Shown piece by piece: positions 23,082-34,724 of a stretch of 39,588 nucleotides of DNA (positions are counted from its first letter, which is position 1; every line of letters begins with the position of its first letter). The stretch spans positions 20,936,275 to 20,975,862 of the forward strand of contig NC_069001.1 of assembly GCF_001194135.2 (NCBI RefSeq). Direction: 5' to 3'. The translations under genes were made by a program, and so were the position numbers. The notes under the pieces were generated by a model, which saw nothing but the letters and a program-made list of their open reading frames with translations, was not told where the DNA came from and did no database searches. This DNA is from Octopus bimaculoides. Taxonomy: Eukaryota.

Positions 23082-23741
23082 ACCATAGAGAGTGGCAGAG
23101 TCAGAGACTAGTAAAATCCTCTGGGATTTCCCAATCCAAACAGATCAGGGGTCTCCAAAGTGGTCAATATCGACCCTCAGGGGTCAATGGGACTATTCAA
23201 GGGATTGATAAATGCACATTTACTTAATTATTATTTATTTTCTTGTATATACTTTGGGATCAATGAGAGGTCAAGGGTTCCATGAAGGTGTCGATGGTCT
23301 AAAACTTTTGGAGACCCCTGTGCTAGAGCATAACAAACTGGACCTAGTGGTGGTGGACAAGATGAACCACATGTGCTGTATAGTTGATGTTGGATGCCCC
23401 TTTGACCCATGAATAGTCAAGAAGGAAGGCAAAAAACAGAAGTATGAAATAGCATGGCTATGGAAAATGAAGGTGACAATAGTGCGAATTATTGTTGGGA
23501 TCCTTGGGGACAGTATCAGAAGGCATCAAAAGGAATATAAAGGAAATTGGAATAGAGTGCCCAGTAGAGCTGTTACAAAAAGTTTGCCTCTTTGGCATGA
23601 CCAAAATAATCAGGCAAGTATTTGATAGCTGGAAAGAATGGATAGCATGGTACCGTAGGCTGCAGATAGCATGCAAGATTCTAGGAGTTCCAACAAAACC
23701 TGTGATAAAAAGAATAATAATAACAATTATAATAATAATAA
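23082..23741 (+). mobile_element. 3' fragment of an R4/Dong-like RLE LINE with (AAT)n tail, interrupted by a MITE
   Basis: SKILWDFPIQTD|LEHNKLDLVVVDK..C.IVDVGCPFD...IIVGILGTVS...ELLQKVCLFG; PD-(D/E)xK-type endonuclease region. Confidence 0.85.
23146..23320. mobile_element. 175-bp hAT-type MITE
   Basis: Perfect TIR caggggtctccaaa / tttggagacccctg; no matching TSD. Confidence 0.85.
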
Positions 23742-24784
23742 TCAACATTCATACATGCATCTATGTCAACACTCAGCTACACTCATGAACCGTAATATTT
23801 GTGCCTTCATTGACTTGTTTTTAGTTCTATGGTCTATTGTGTCTGGCAGCAATTTTCATCTGACTACAAGAGAGAGAAAGCACACTGTAAGGGTTGTATT
23901 GTCCCTTGCATAAAGATTTTGCTTTTCCATTGGCACTGGACAGAAGGAAGAATGAAGAAGTTTAGAAATAGCAACCAAACAGAATGAATGCTTATCTTAT
24001 ATTATTCTTATCCAAACTAGGTCAAGCTAAAATAAAAGATTGTTCCTCCTTGATCAACCCTGACCTATATTTAACATGAGAAGGTTAAAGAAGTTAGTTC
24101 CTTCCCATAAAAATCCTAGTGCAACAGGCTAGAACAATAGGCTGAGGACTTGTAGGAAACAGTGGATTCGGTTTCAAATCCTAGTTTAGAAAGTTGGTAG
24201 CTATTTGCTACATCACTCCCCTCTGAGAGAATCTTGCAGGAATGTTCACTATGCGAAGATTGAAGAACATTCAAAATTGGAAAAATTTCTAGTCGAATTG
24301 TGCCTGTTGTGGTAAATGCATTAAAACAAGTGCAGAAGCCAAGTGAATCTGGCATTGTGGTCGTGTATATTTATTGTGGGTAAGCAAGATGACAAAGTGT
24401 AAAAGACATGCTGGTGCATTGAGACAGGCAAACTTTCTCTATATATATATATATACCATGACCATCCTGGGATGGTAAGTTGTGCCTGGAAATAAGGGCG
24501 CAGGGAGCATGATCAGCATTCCATAATTTGAAAAGACATCTGATGTATGTTGCATCAGGAAAAGACCTGAGTAGGCACAGACATGGAAAACAAGTCAATG
24601 AAGGCAAAAGGTGAGAACTGTAGGACTAAACTCTTGAACCTAGCATCCAAACATGACCATTCGTCAAATCCTGAAACTAGAAATAAAATGATTAACTGAT
24701 ACTAAAACTACGTCTCTGTCTATCTGTCAGTCTGTCTCTCTCACTCTCTTTCTCTGTCACACTCTCTCTCTCGCGCGCACACAC

Positions 24785-24837
<53 letters not shown>

Positions 24838-25129
24838 ACCAGCTGTCAGATGGAAAATCCTGGGATTCTTATTTTATAGTCTACAGATACCTTCTATTTG
24901 GTTAATATAACTCGGAACAAATTATAATACCTCTTGCGCCTATATCCGATTAGGTGTTGCTCATAACGAATTCTCAAATACCTTTATATTTTTGTAAGCA
25001 AAAATGTATTGTTTACCAGTTATCTCCTTTGATCAGCTCATCTAATCACATACATGATCTATTGACCATCACGCCGTTTTTAGAACAAAACTATTTCTTT
25101 TCAAACATAAATATTTATTGCCTGGTGCA

Positions 25130-25157
25130 TCAGCATGGCCGCAGCTCTGAGCTGAAA

Positions 25158-25198
<41 letters not shown>
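25130..25198 (+). mobile_element. SINE 3' end with poly(A) tail
   Basis: cagcatggccgcagctctgagctgaaactt followed by A29; similar to the family A 3' end at 38486-38515. Confidence 0.55.
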
Positions 25199-25202
<4 letters not shown>

Positions 25203-26050
25203 CAAGAAGCATAAGAACAGTCACTCCCTGTGACAAATACAGTGAAATTAGCTAGGAGTGTCATTATTGGCGATTGCAATCACACGTATACAACACAACG
25301 CGCGCGCGCTAACACACACACACACACACACGCATAGAACAATAGTGTGTATACATGAAATAAAAAAATAAAACGAAGTGTAATCAGAGTGCGTGCGCAC
25401 ACACGTACACATATACACACTAGCACATTCACACTTTCACAAAGGCAGACGGACGTAGTAGGCTATATATTCAACAGATTTAATATAGCTCACTCGTCAC
25501 TTAATGCCCTCAGTCTTACGGTAAAAATGAACAAAACATTGGTTAACGAAGGACCAAGATGGTTAATGATTGTAAGTTATTGTCATTATTTGTTGATAAT
25601 GTCTACTTTTCTTTCTATTTTAACGTATTCCATAATATTTTGAGAACTTGTGATGTTTTTGTTTACATTCTAGATAGTAGTAATAACTTATTTAGCCCCA
25701 GGTGAGATCAGATTGATCAGACCCATGATTAAAAGCATTCTGTCCTTGATCGCCGATTGTTTTGTTTTCGTCAGGTAGGTTCAGGTATAGTGTTTCTCGG
25801 ACCAGATTATCCAGTGTTTCCGTTTCCTTTTTAAGGTGATAAGGTTGAGTTTGAGAGATTTGGTTGCTATTTCTGACAAATCAATCCAACATGTAAGTGT
25901 TGAAGGAAGCTCGTGCTAAGATTTAATTTGGTAGCAATTATATAATGTTCTGGATTTTTATTTTTGATAGTTAATGCATAACTTTATTGAGGTAGTAGTT
26001 TTTACACTATCAATCAACTGTAGTCAATGAGCGCCTGAAATAGGTAAACA

Positions 26051-26377
26051 AAAAGTACTAGATTTCGTTCGACTTATTCCTTTTAGCGTGAAATTTTAAA
26101 CTGCACACTAACTTTTTGCTGGTTTGTTTTTAACAATGCAATTTTTTGGACGGTCTTTGGAATTTTTGCTTTGAACATCATTCTTGCTGGCATTCTTTAT
26201 AAAAAAAAAAAAAAAAANNNNNNNNNNAAAAGTACTAGATTTCGTTCGACTTATTCCTTTTAGCGTGAAATTTTAAACTGCACACTAACTTTTTGCTGGT
26301 TTGTTTTTAACAATGCAATTTTTTGGACGGTCTTTGGAATTTTTGCTTTGAACATCATTCTTGCTGGCATTCTTTAT
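26051..26377. other. 150-bp identical duplication across a 10-N gap (assembly artefact)
   Basis: 26051-26200 equals 26228-26377; both end in an A-run. Confidence 0.85.
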
Positions 26378-26487
26378 AAAAAAAAAAAAAATATATATAT
26401 ATAATAATAATAAATTAAGGAAAAGTTTGTACTTCAATGACCCAGTTGTCGTCACACCCAACCCGCCCCTATTGTAGCTAATACTGC

Positions 26488-26597
26488 TTTCAAATTTTGG
26501 CACAAGGCCAGTAGTTTCGGGGGAGAGAGTGCTCAGCTGGTATTTTATTGGTCCCGAAAGGATGAAAGGCAAAATTGACCCCGTCGGAAATTGAACT
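26488..26597 (-). mobile_element. SINE family C fragment
   Basis: tcaaattttggcacaaggccag...cccgaaaggatgaaaggcaaa.ttgacc..g.cggaa.ttgaact; recalled as a common octopus SINE. Confidence 0.6.
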
Positions 26598-26771
26598 GTG
26601 TTGCTAATATTACTCTTCAATTCTTTTTTAACATCCCACACCAAATCTATACGCATTTCTATATGGAGACTTTGAAAGCATCTATAGTGATACAGTTCTA
26701 TATTTAAGAGATGAGGAATTATGTACATTATTTACATTTGACGGATATTTGTCCTCATCTTGTTTGTTGTT

Positions 26772-26817
26772 AACACAACATTTCGGCTGATATACCCTCC
26801 AGCTTTCATCAGGCGTC
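26772..26817 (-). ncRNA. Minimal type I hammerhead in SINE E (core intact, helices weakened)
   Basis: Reverse complement: gacgc CTGATGA a agctg-gagggtatat-cagcc GAAA TG TT^ gtgtt. Helix I 5 bp (2 G-U), extra A after A9, A.C at the base of helix II. Confidence 0.7.
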
Positions 26818-26864
26818 TCGGGGAAATTTCGAATCTGAGTTATCATTCCTAAGATATTTTTCGA

Positions 26865-26908
<44 letters not shown>

Positions 26909-27088
26909 GGGTTACTGCCTGGAATTGAATTCGGAATCTTGGAGTCAGTAGCCCGTGCTCTTAACCACTACAGGCATATGGCTACTAACCCCAAGATTCC
27001 GAGTTCGATTCTAGGCAGTAACCGGAATAATAATAATAACATCGAAAAATACCTTAGGAATGAGAACCCAGGTTCGAAATTTCCCCAA

Positions 27089-27131
27089 GGCACTTGATGA
27101 AAGCTGGAGGGTATACCAGCCAAAACGTGTT
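27089..27131 (+). ncRNA. Hammerhead remnant in SINE E (inactive)
   Basis: ggcac TTGATGA a agctg-gagggtatac-cagcc AAAA cgtgtt; C3>T and G12>A. Confidence 0.55.
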
Positions 27132-27201
27132 AACAACAAACAAGATGAGGACAAATACCCGTCAAATGTAAATAAAGTATGTATAGTGATGTTGGGGTTA
27201 T

Positions 27202-28166
27202 CCATACATACACACACACTTCACTTCACACAAGGACACATCTAGAGACACACATCCACACATATGGAGATACACATCCATACATACAGACACAGTACAT
27301 AGTCACAAAAAAGCCCATACACACACACACAGACACACTCAAACATGCACACACAAGGAGACAGAAGTGCGCGCACACACACACACACACAAAACACACA
27401 CACGAACACAAAGACAGGAATATGCAGAATACATACATTCAAACGTACACACATACATATCTATACATACGCACACACACATATACATGCATACATACAT
27501 TTACATGCATGCATACATATATACATACATGCATACATGTATATGCGCACACACACTGACCCACACACATGCACACAAACAAACAAAAATAACACAGCTC
27601 GGATGACAGACAGAGTCTAACTATTGAAAAGGTTGCAAGATGCAATGAAAATTTTAGGAAAAATAATTAGGTAAATGAGTGGAAACTGTCAGTGAGTGTG
27701 TTAAATAATAAGGCACTAAAAGCGAATGACTCTCCCCAGACACAACAAAATATGCTTCAACACATGATCTCACATAAAGAATCTTGCAAACCAAATCCAA
27801 AAAACGAAAAAGTATATAAATGTTTTATTTGTATTTATATGTATAGATATGTATGTGTGTACGTTTGAATGTATGTATTCTGCATATTCCTGTCTTTGTG
27901 TTTGTGTTCGTGTGTGTGTTTTGTGTGTGTGTGTGTGTGTGTGCACGCACTTCTGTCTCCTTGTGTGTGCATGCTTGAGTGTGTCTGTGTGTGTGTNNNN
28001 NNNNNNTGTCTCCTTGTGTGTGCATGCTTGAGTGTGTCTGTGTGTGTGTATGGGCTTTTTTGTGACTATGTACTGTGTCTGTATGTATGGATGTGTATCT
28101 CCATATGTGTGGATGTGTGTCTCTAGATGTGTCCTTGTGTGAAGTGAAGTGTGTGTGTATGTATGG
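27202..28166. repeat. Near-identical inverted duplication of a CA-rich segment (27202-27469 / 27838-28166)
   Basis: Unique anchors (cacaaggacacatctagag, gtcacaaaaaagccc, gacaggaatatgcagaat) occur in reverse complement. Arm 2 contains a 10-N gap. Confidence 0.9.
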
Positions 28167-28333
28167 TCATATATTTACATTTTCATCCTTAATATGAAAC
28201 AACATTGTAAATTTTCAGAAAATGAAACAAAACAAAATATATATGATGGGAAAGGGTTGCATGAATGGTGCATGGCAAACTGGCAAAAAACAAGAAGTAT
28301 CTCTTTTGCTTACGGGTCTGTTCAGAGTTCCTT

Positions 28334-28798
28334 TCTTCTGTATTTCCCGTTGAGGAAGACTCTGGAGCCAGAAGCTCTGTGTCTAGGAATCCATTAGTGG
28401 GTAACAATGGGCAGATATGGTGTTCAATGAATTTGCCCTTAGAAGTTGAAATAAGTCACAAGCATACCCAAACTAACCTATAGTTCGTGTATGCCTAATC
28501 ACTGCTTGGCGCTGATACTGCTGAGTTCTTTCTGACTGGGCACTCCAACAGTGCAACTCAGTCAATGTTGTTGACTGTTTCTTTGTTAAAGCTAAAGCTT
28601 TGAATCTGCTCCAAGGTTATCTCTCTTCGGTATTTCCCATTGAGGAAGGCTAAAGAGCCAGAAACTATGTGTCTGGGAATCTGAAAGTAACACTGGGCAG
28701 ACATGGTGTTTTTACAGCTTTTACCATAAGAGAGAACTTTTTCTCTACTCTAGCTGCACTGAATTTGCCTTGAGAAGTTGTAATATGTCAAAAACATA
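28334..28798 (+). repeat. Diverged direct duplication (28334-28466 / 28624-28798)
   Basis: tcttc.gtatttccc.ttgaggaag.ct...gagccagaa.ct.tgtgtct.ggaat...gtaaca.tgggcaga.atggtgtt...tgaatttgcc.t.agaagttg; copy 2 has a ~50-nt insertion. Confidence 0.8.
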
Positions 28799-29248
28799 TT
28801 TTAACTGACTTAAATAAGTACAAAAGCTAATAATTTTTAGTGTCTCACACAATGAAATTTACAATCTCAGTTTTGAAAAGTGTGGTAAAATATTCACTTA
28901 CTTTGATGATAGTCATGTCCATGTAAAATTTGTGAAACATCAATTGATGATGTTTGCTGTTCAAGGGTTAAACACATCAAACATATACTAAATATATTCA
29001 TAAACAAACAAAAAATATTGCAGTTGAAGGTTCTTTAATCCTAGTCCATTTCTGATTTACAAAGAAAAATAATTTAAACTATCTTTTAATTAGAAAAAAA
29101 AAATTGTTTGATAAATTCAAAATTATTGATATTCAAAATGTAAAAATGTGAAGGAGGTTAAAAAAAAAAAAAGCACAGAATAAATAGTGAGTGAGGTGGG
29201 TGGTGGGTGGGGTGTTGTTTAACATTTATGTTAAAATAGAAATATTAA

Positions 29249-29285
29249 GCATGGATGTGTGGTTAAAGAGTTTGCTTTGCAATCA
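29249..29285 (+). mobile_element. SINE family A head fragment
   Basis: gcatggatgtgtggttaaagagtttgctttgcaatca. Confidence 0.5.
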
Positions 29286-29299
29286 ATTTTGATCTTCAT

Positions 29300-29594
29300 C
29301 ATCATTATAATTATCATCATTATTATTGTAATCATCCTCATCATTTAATGCCCATCTTCCATGCTAGCATGGGTTGGATGGCTTGACAGGAACTGGCAAG
29401 GCCAGGGGTCGCACTAGGTTCCATAGTTTGCCTTAGCTTGGTTTCTACAGCTGATTGCCATTCCCAATGCCAACCACCTCCCAGAGTATACTGTCTGCTT
29501 TTTACATGGCATCATCACCAGTGCTCTTTATGTGGCACCATCACCAGTGCTTTTTCCGAGGCACCATCACCAGTGATTTTTACATGGCACCAGC
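29300..29594 (-). mobile_element. SINE family B with internal 26-bp tandem repeats (29496-29593)
   Basis: ttccatgctagcatgggttgga...tttctacagctg..tgcc.ttcc.aatgccaacc; 3.8 units of tgctttttacatggcaccatcaccag. Confidence 0.8.
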
Positions 29595-29639
29595 AGAGGA
29601 ATTACATGTGGACAGACAGAAACTATGCAACTGAATTCA

Positions 29640-30830
29640 GTGTCTTTGTCTGCAAGTGTTGTGAAAGTGTAAACTTTTATCCTAGCAGAAAATATAAGAA
29701 AATAAGTGATTTCTTCAATGAAAGTGAGCACAGATATTGCTCTAAATCTTGCAGTGTACCTTCATTACAAGGGATCTGAAGCAAAGAAAAACAGAAAATA
29801 TAGTTCCTTTCCATTTGATTTGAAATCTTGTGGAATTGATGTATTCAAGATTGTTGATGTATATTTCAAAATTCCAGGCATTGATTTGAGTTGGGTTGAC
29901 TATATTTCGGGGTGTCTGTTGTTGAGACTCCAGCATGTAAATTCATATTACTTACTCTGTAATCCAATGCTGGAACCTAAACTGGATCAAAATTATCAAA
30001 GCTGTTAAAGGGGAGGTACTAAACATGTGACTGTTTTGTGATTTATGGAAATATGAGAAATCTAGGAATCTGGGTACTCTAATCGCCTTTTACACACAGA
30101 AATGAGGTGACTTTTATATGGAGATTTTCTTAACATACTTTGTGCTCTCAATACTTAAAACCTTTTTGGTAGACCAAAAACATATCCTTTTAGCTAAGTT
30201 CAGTAACTCCCTTTGGCTAGCACACTTCTTATTTTGGTTTATATTTATTCTTGAATGTAACAATTAATTGAAGGAATTGAATGAAGAAAACATCAACATT
30301 ATTCTCAGTAAGAGACAAAATTTTAGCATTTGACATAAAGCATTTGCATTAGAACCAGGAAGTGGTTCAAAAACACAAGGCTGCTTTTCTAAAATTTGCA
30401 GAAATTTTAGAAGATTGCAAAAGTATTAATTTGGTGACATGATGGAGTCAGTTGAAAGCTATCTTATCAACATCAAACATTGGTTTTCTGATTACTTCCT
30501 TGGGTTGATTCAGTTAATGTCAGTTGGGCTGTGAATCCCTTTAACTTGTAAAATTGCTGATGCCCTTGAAGGATCTGGAGCTTTGGCTGAGGCACTTCTT
30601 GAATTTCTCTCTAACTGTAAAATACTCATGAAATTTCAGAACAAAGCAGGCCTCATCTTTTTGGCTGTCAAAACATGCTAAAACTCATAATTGCACATAT
30701 GAAAGCAACAAATAATTGCTGTCTTTAATGAAAGGATTTTCTAGTTTTGAACTTGAAAATAAAGTATAGAAATCTATTAAACACTGAAGATATTACCCAA
30801 CTTGCTCTCCATCAGATAAACTTAATTTTA
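29640..30830 (+). mobile_element. Highly decayed hAT (Charlie/Buster-like) transposase relic
   Basis: NSVSLSASVVKV*TFILAENIRK*VISSMK at the 5' end; GFSS..LNLKIKYRNLLNTEDITQLAL (dimerisation-domain end) at the 3' end. Confidence 0.6.
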
Positions 30831-31632
30831 ATGTTCTCATGTAAAAAAAAATGAACCAGTATTGTTTTTCCAAAACCAAAAGAGAGGTTATTTTGAATGA
30901 AACTTGTCAGTTCTTTAATCTATTAATTTTTTTTATGTACTATTTTTATATCAGTCTGCCTGGATTTTTTATTATTATTTCTCTATACTAATACTTGTGA
31001 ATTTGAATGTTGATTTACAATAAGTCTTTGTTGAAAAGTCTTTTTATTGTGCATTTTCTAGAGAGGCTGTTTCAAATTATCTATACTTAATTGAGTAATT
31101 TTACTCATGTACTTCTGCAATGAAGTATTTAAGTTTACAATGAATCACTTTTTAAGGGTGTACGTCAAGGTACTTATAGAGTTTTGAAGCAACTTCTCTG
31201 GGAATGAAAACATGAGAGGTAATTAATTTTTTGCTTTCTTCTTTAACTTTTAAATGAATTCCTTGAAACATTAATAGTAAGAATTTATTCCATGTAGAAG
31301 AATCTGACTGATCTTTAAGAGATACTGTAAGATGATTGAAATATTCAGTGACATCACTGACTCGAATTATTAACAGAATTCTTGTGCAACCACTCAATTT
31401 CTTAAGTTTACAAAATAGATTTGATTTGATTTAGTTCCTTTGTAAATTGTAATGGTATGGGTATATGCTGGGGGTAGGGGGGTTGAAATGAGAAATCTAT
31501 TGCTGTATACAAGCTGCAGCTTCTGCTTTGGCAATAATTTTAAAGGGTGAAATGACTTTTGCCCATCAGCTCTATCTGCCTGTGCTTTTAACAAGTATGA
31601 AAATCCCTGAGGTGAAGAGAGAGGGCTTATGG

Positions 31633-34519
31633 CAGTGTTTCCCGAACATTCCGTGCCAAATTGCAATATCGCCCACCTTTTGGCCAAAAAATGCTCCATC
31701 GCCTACCTGTGTAAAAAAAGACCCTGACATCCCCTGCCAACACAAAATCTCCTAGCCCCCCCCCTATCATTTTGACACACACACTATATCGTAGACTCAT
31801 TGTCCTGTTTGGACTAAATATGCAGTTGTTTACAAATCCATTATTGTGGGTTTACTTTTGCTATTAGTGTCAATAAAATTCTTACATTAACTCTATATTT
31901 TTCAGACAGATTAACTGCTGGAAACTTGTGCTTTCTTTTACACTGATTTTCATTTTTCCCAAATGAACCATTGATCAGAACTACTGATGCAAAAATAATT
32001 AATGATTGTATTATAAAGGAAAAGAATAAAACTTTTTTAATGAGAACCATGTGTATAGTGTGATGCAGGTAGTGCAGATACATTTGGTTTCAAACTTATC
32101 AACTTTAGCCGCAAGTCTCCTCATTATGTCACATCCAGTCCAATTCTTTTATGGGAAAGCAAAGTTCCAACATGGTTAAAACTAGATTCAACCAGGTATA
32201 AGGTAGGGAAAGCAAGCAAAAGTAATTTCAGATGTTTCCACAGACTGGGGTAGGAATTCAATATACTTTGATGGTACCACAAACCTTTGCCATTATGGCA
32301 ATATCACATTGTGGTGTCATTGTCATTTTGTAATTCTACCAATTCCTCTTGAACGTCATCCTTGCAATCGACTGCATCGACCTCAAATGGATTGCTATAC
32401 CAATTTGGAATATTCAGCGCAATAACATCTTGAAATCGCTCCACCGTGTTATCGTGCAATGATTGTAAATAGTTGCGATATGTAGTTAAATCCTCATCAA
32501 CCAATTCATCTTTCAAAGAATCGAGTTGTGGAAATTGATGGAATTAACGTTTTGAAATGTTAGTCTTAAACAACACCAATTTCGAAATGAAGGTAGTGAT
32601 AAATGATTTACAATCAACGAGAGTTTTTCTGTTTCCTTGCAATAACTTATTCAAATCATTTAATTTTGTGAATATATCACAAAGAAAAAAGACATAGCAC
32701 CTTGCAGCCATCAATGAAGTGGATAATGGAGTATCTTTAAAGAAAGATATGATTATATGAAACAGTTCAACAAAGCGTAAAGCACAATTTCCTTTTGACA
32801 GCCACCACACTTTGGTATGGTATAAGAGTTTAGTATGGTCTTCATCATTTCTCAGACAGAGTTGATGGAAAAGTCAATCAGCCAAGGGAGTGGACTTCAA
32901 TTTGTTCCCAGTCTTAATAACTAACTGTAGCGCACATTCACTCGTCTGTTCATATTTTTTGCCACTACATGCTGCCGGTGTGCCAAGCAATGAACGGTTA
33001 GTATCTGGTGGGAAATTTCATGCTTTAGGAGAACTGAAAAGCCCCTGTATTTTTCTATCATCGAAGGGGCTCCATCAGTCACACAGGCAAGAATATTACT
33101 GAGTGGGATATTATGTTCAAAAAGGAAAGATTTAAGAGTGAGAAAAATAGTTGCACCTTTTGAATCAAGTGGAAATTTCTCTGTGAACAACATTTCCTCA
33201 CAAGGTTGAAGGTCTTTACTGAAATACCGAACATATACCATCATCAAACATTGATTTCCGCAACAGTTGATTCATCCACTCGAATAGAAAATTCAGAACA
33301 CTGGAGAATATTAATGAGCTAACGTTTGACATTGTTATCCATTTTATTGATACTTTAAGAAATCGTGTTATTACTAAGTGGGATCTTCATAATGTTGTGA
33401 GGTTTTTCGTGCATAACACTTGACAAAACCTCTTCAATAACTGGGCAAAGTCATGTTTCTCCAATTGTGTGAGACTTCTCAGACTTAGAAAAAAGCAATA
33501 CAATGTTGTATGATGCAATCAACCTATCATTTTCCTGTTAACTAGTTTCCTTAAGTAGCATGTTGAATGTTTGTATTTACTTTTTGAAAGAGCTCACTTA
33601 CAAAAAGTATGATAATGGCTTGTCCTTGTCAGAATGCATCAAAGTGATACTTCATGCATGAAGGTTTCATTGCTTCATTGGTCAATGTCTGATGGCAAAG
33701 AAGGCACATTGGTAACTGACAGTTCTGAGGAGAGGGAATAAATCCAAACGATAAATAATCATTACTGTACTGTTGACAAATTTTCTTGACTGGAGGCATC
33801 AGTAAAGTGAAAATATGAAAACGAATTTCTACAGATGGTGTCAGAAAGGCAGTATGGTATTCCCAAAGAGAAGCAGAAGTCAATAGAGCAGAGTCAGATG
33901 ACATGTCTTTACTGGAGCAAATACGGATCTNNNNNNNNNNTGTTTTTAAAAAGTTATAGAGATTTAAACTTTGATCATTTTCACCCAGTCAAGAAACATG
34001 ATTTCAAAGCTGTCATTTTGTGCATGACTGCACATTGTGTTAATATTCTGAAAATAGCGCTTGTGTTTTGATATGAAACCACAGAATTACACACGACATA
34101 TAACCCCTCATAACTTTTTCATTTTTCAGATTTTCAGGAAATTTTTGCAAATTTGAATTCTATATGCAGGACTTCATACGATTATGCAAAAAAAAAAAAA
34201 AATTGTAGTAGAGTGTGATTTAAGGCCTAGGCCTATTTGGCTGCTATTTTTAGCATGCACGACAACCATCTCAATGACTGTGACAAAAATATTTGCCCGA
34301 TAAACAAGTCTGTGTTTATGCGAGTAGTCAAATCAATAAAAGTGCATCCTTATTCTAGGCATGCCTAGATATCAGTAAATGCAGACTTAATTTCTAAAAA
34401 TTCATTGTCACCCACAAAATGTTCATATCACCTGCCAAAATCTCAAATTGCCCACCATTTTCTAGAAATTTGCCCATCATCCACTTGTAAGTTGAAATTG
34501 CCCACTTTGGGAAGCAATG
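31633..34519 (-). mobile_element. Full-length decayed hAT transposon (ZBED5/ZBED8/Buster-like transposase) with TIRs and 8-bp TSD
   Basis: TIRs cagtgtttcccgaac / ctttgggaagcaatg; TSD gcttatgg (31625-31632) / gcctatgg (34520-34527). Transposase KKICQQYSNDYLSFGFIPSP..PMCLLC..NEAMKPS, VTDGAPSM, VHCLAHRQH, WWLSKGN, LNDLNKLLQG; subterminal (c/t)gcccac motifs. Confidence 0.92.
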
Positions 34520-34589
34520 GCCTATGGTGTTGAGGTTTACATGATAAAATCTCACATCTGGTGATGTGAATGACTAAAGGTGATTTAAT

Positions 34590-34645
34590 ATCTTTTACTT
34601 TTTCTTGTTATTGGACTGTGGTCATACCAGGGCACCATCTCCAAA
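34590..34645 (-). mobile_element. SINE family A-like 3' end
   Basis: ttactt...ttggactgtggtcataccagggcacc, antisense of ggtgctccagcatggccac.gtcaa. Confidence 0.45.
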
Positions 34646-34724
34646 GGTTTTGCTTACAGCACTTGGGTTTTGCTTACAGCACTTGGGTTTTGCTTACAGC
34701 ACTTGGGTTTTGCTTACAGCACTT
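34646..34724. repeat. 20-bp minisatellite x4
   Basis: ggttttgcttacagcacttg three times exactly, plus a fourth copy ending in a; no spacers. Confidence 0.95.

Larger units (their letters stand above)
26690..27179. mobile_element. Head-to-head palindromic dimer of SINE family E (tRNA head + hammerhead)
   Basis: Minus copy 26690-26971 and plus copy 26972-27179. Over the ~150-nt body I count 13 mismatches and one 2-nt gap between the arms. Confidence 0.9.

Noticed and set aside
24116-24355. 79-aa minus ORF as a host exon
   Set aside because: No recognisable domain, no convincing acceptor site, and the length is within chance expectation.
26051-26377. Biological tandem duplication (also 27954-27996 / 28007-28049)
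   Set aside because: Identical copies directly flank 10-N gaps next to homopolymer or microsatellite runs, typical of unmerged contig overlaps.
31152-31397. 81-aa minus ORF as a host exon
   Set aside because: No recognisable motif; splice donor candidates are weak.
34646-34724. CRISPR-like array
   Set aside because: Units are contiguous with no spacers, in a eukaryotic context; it is a minisatellite.
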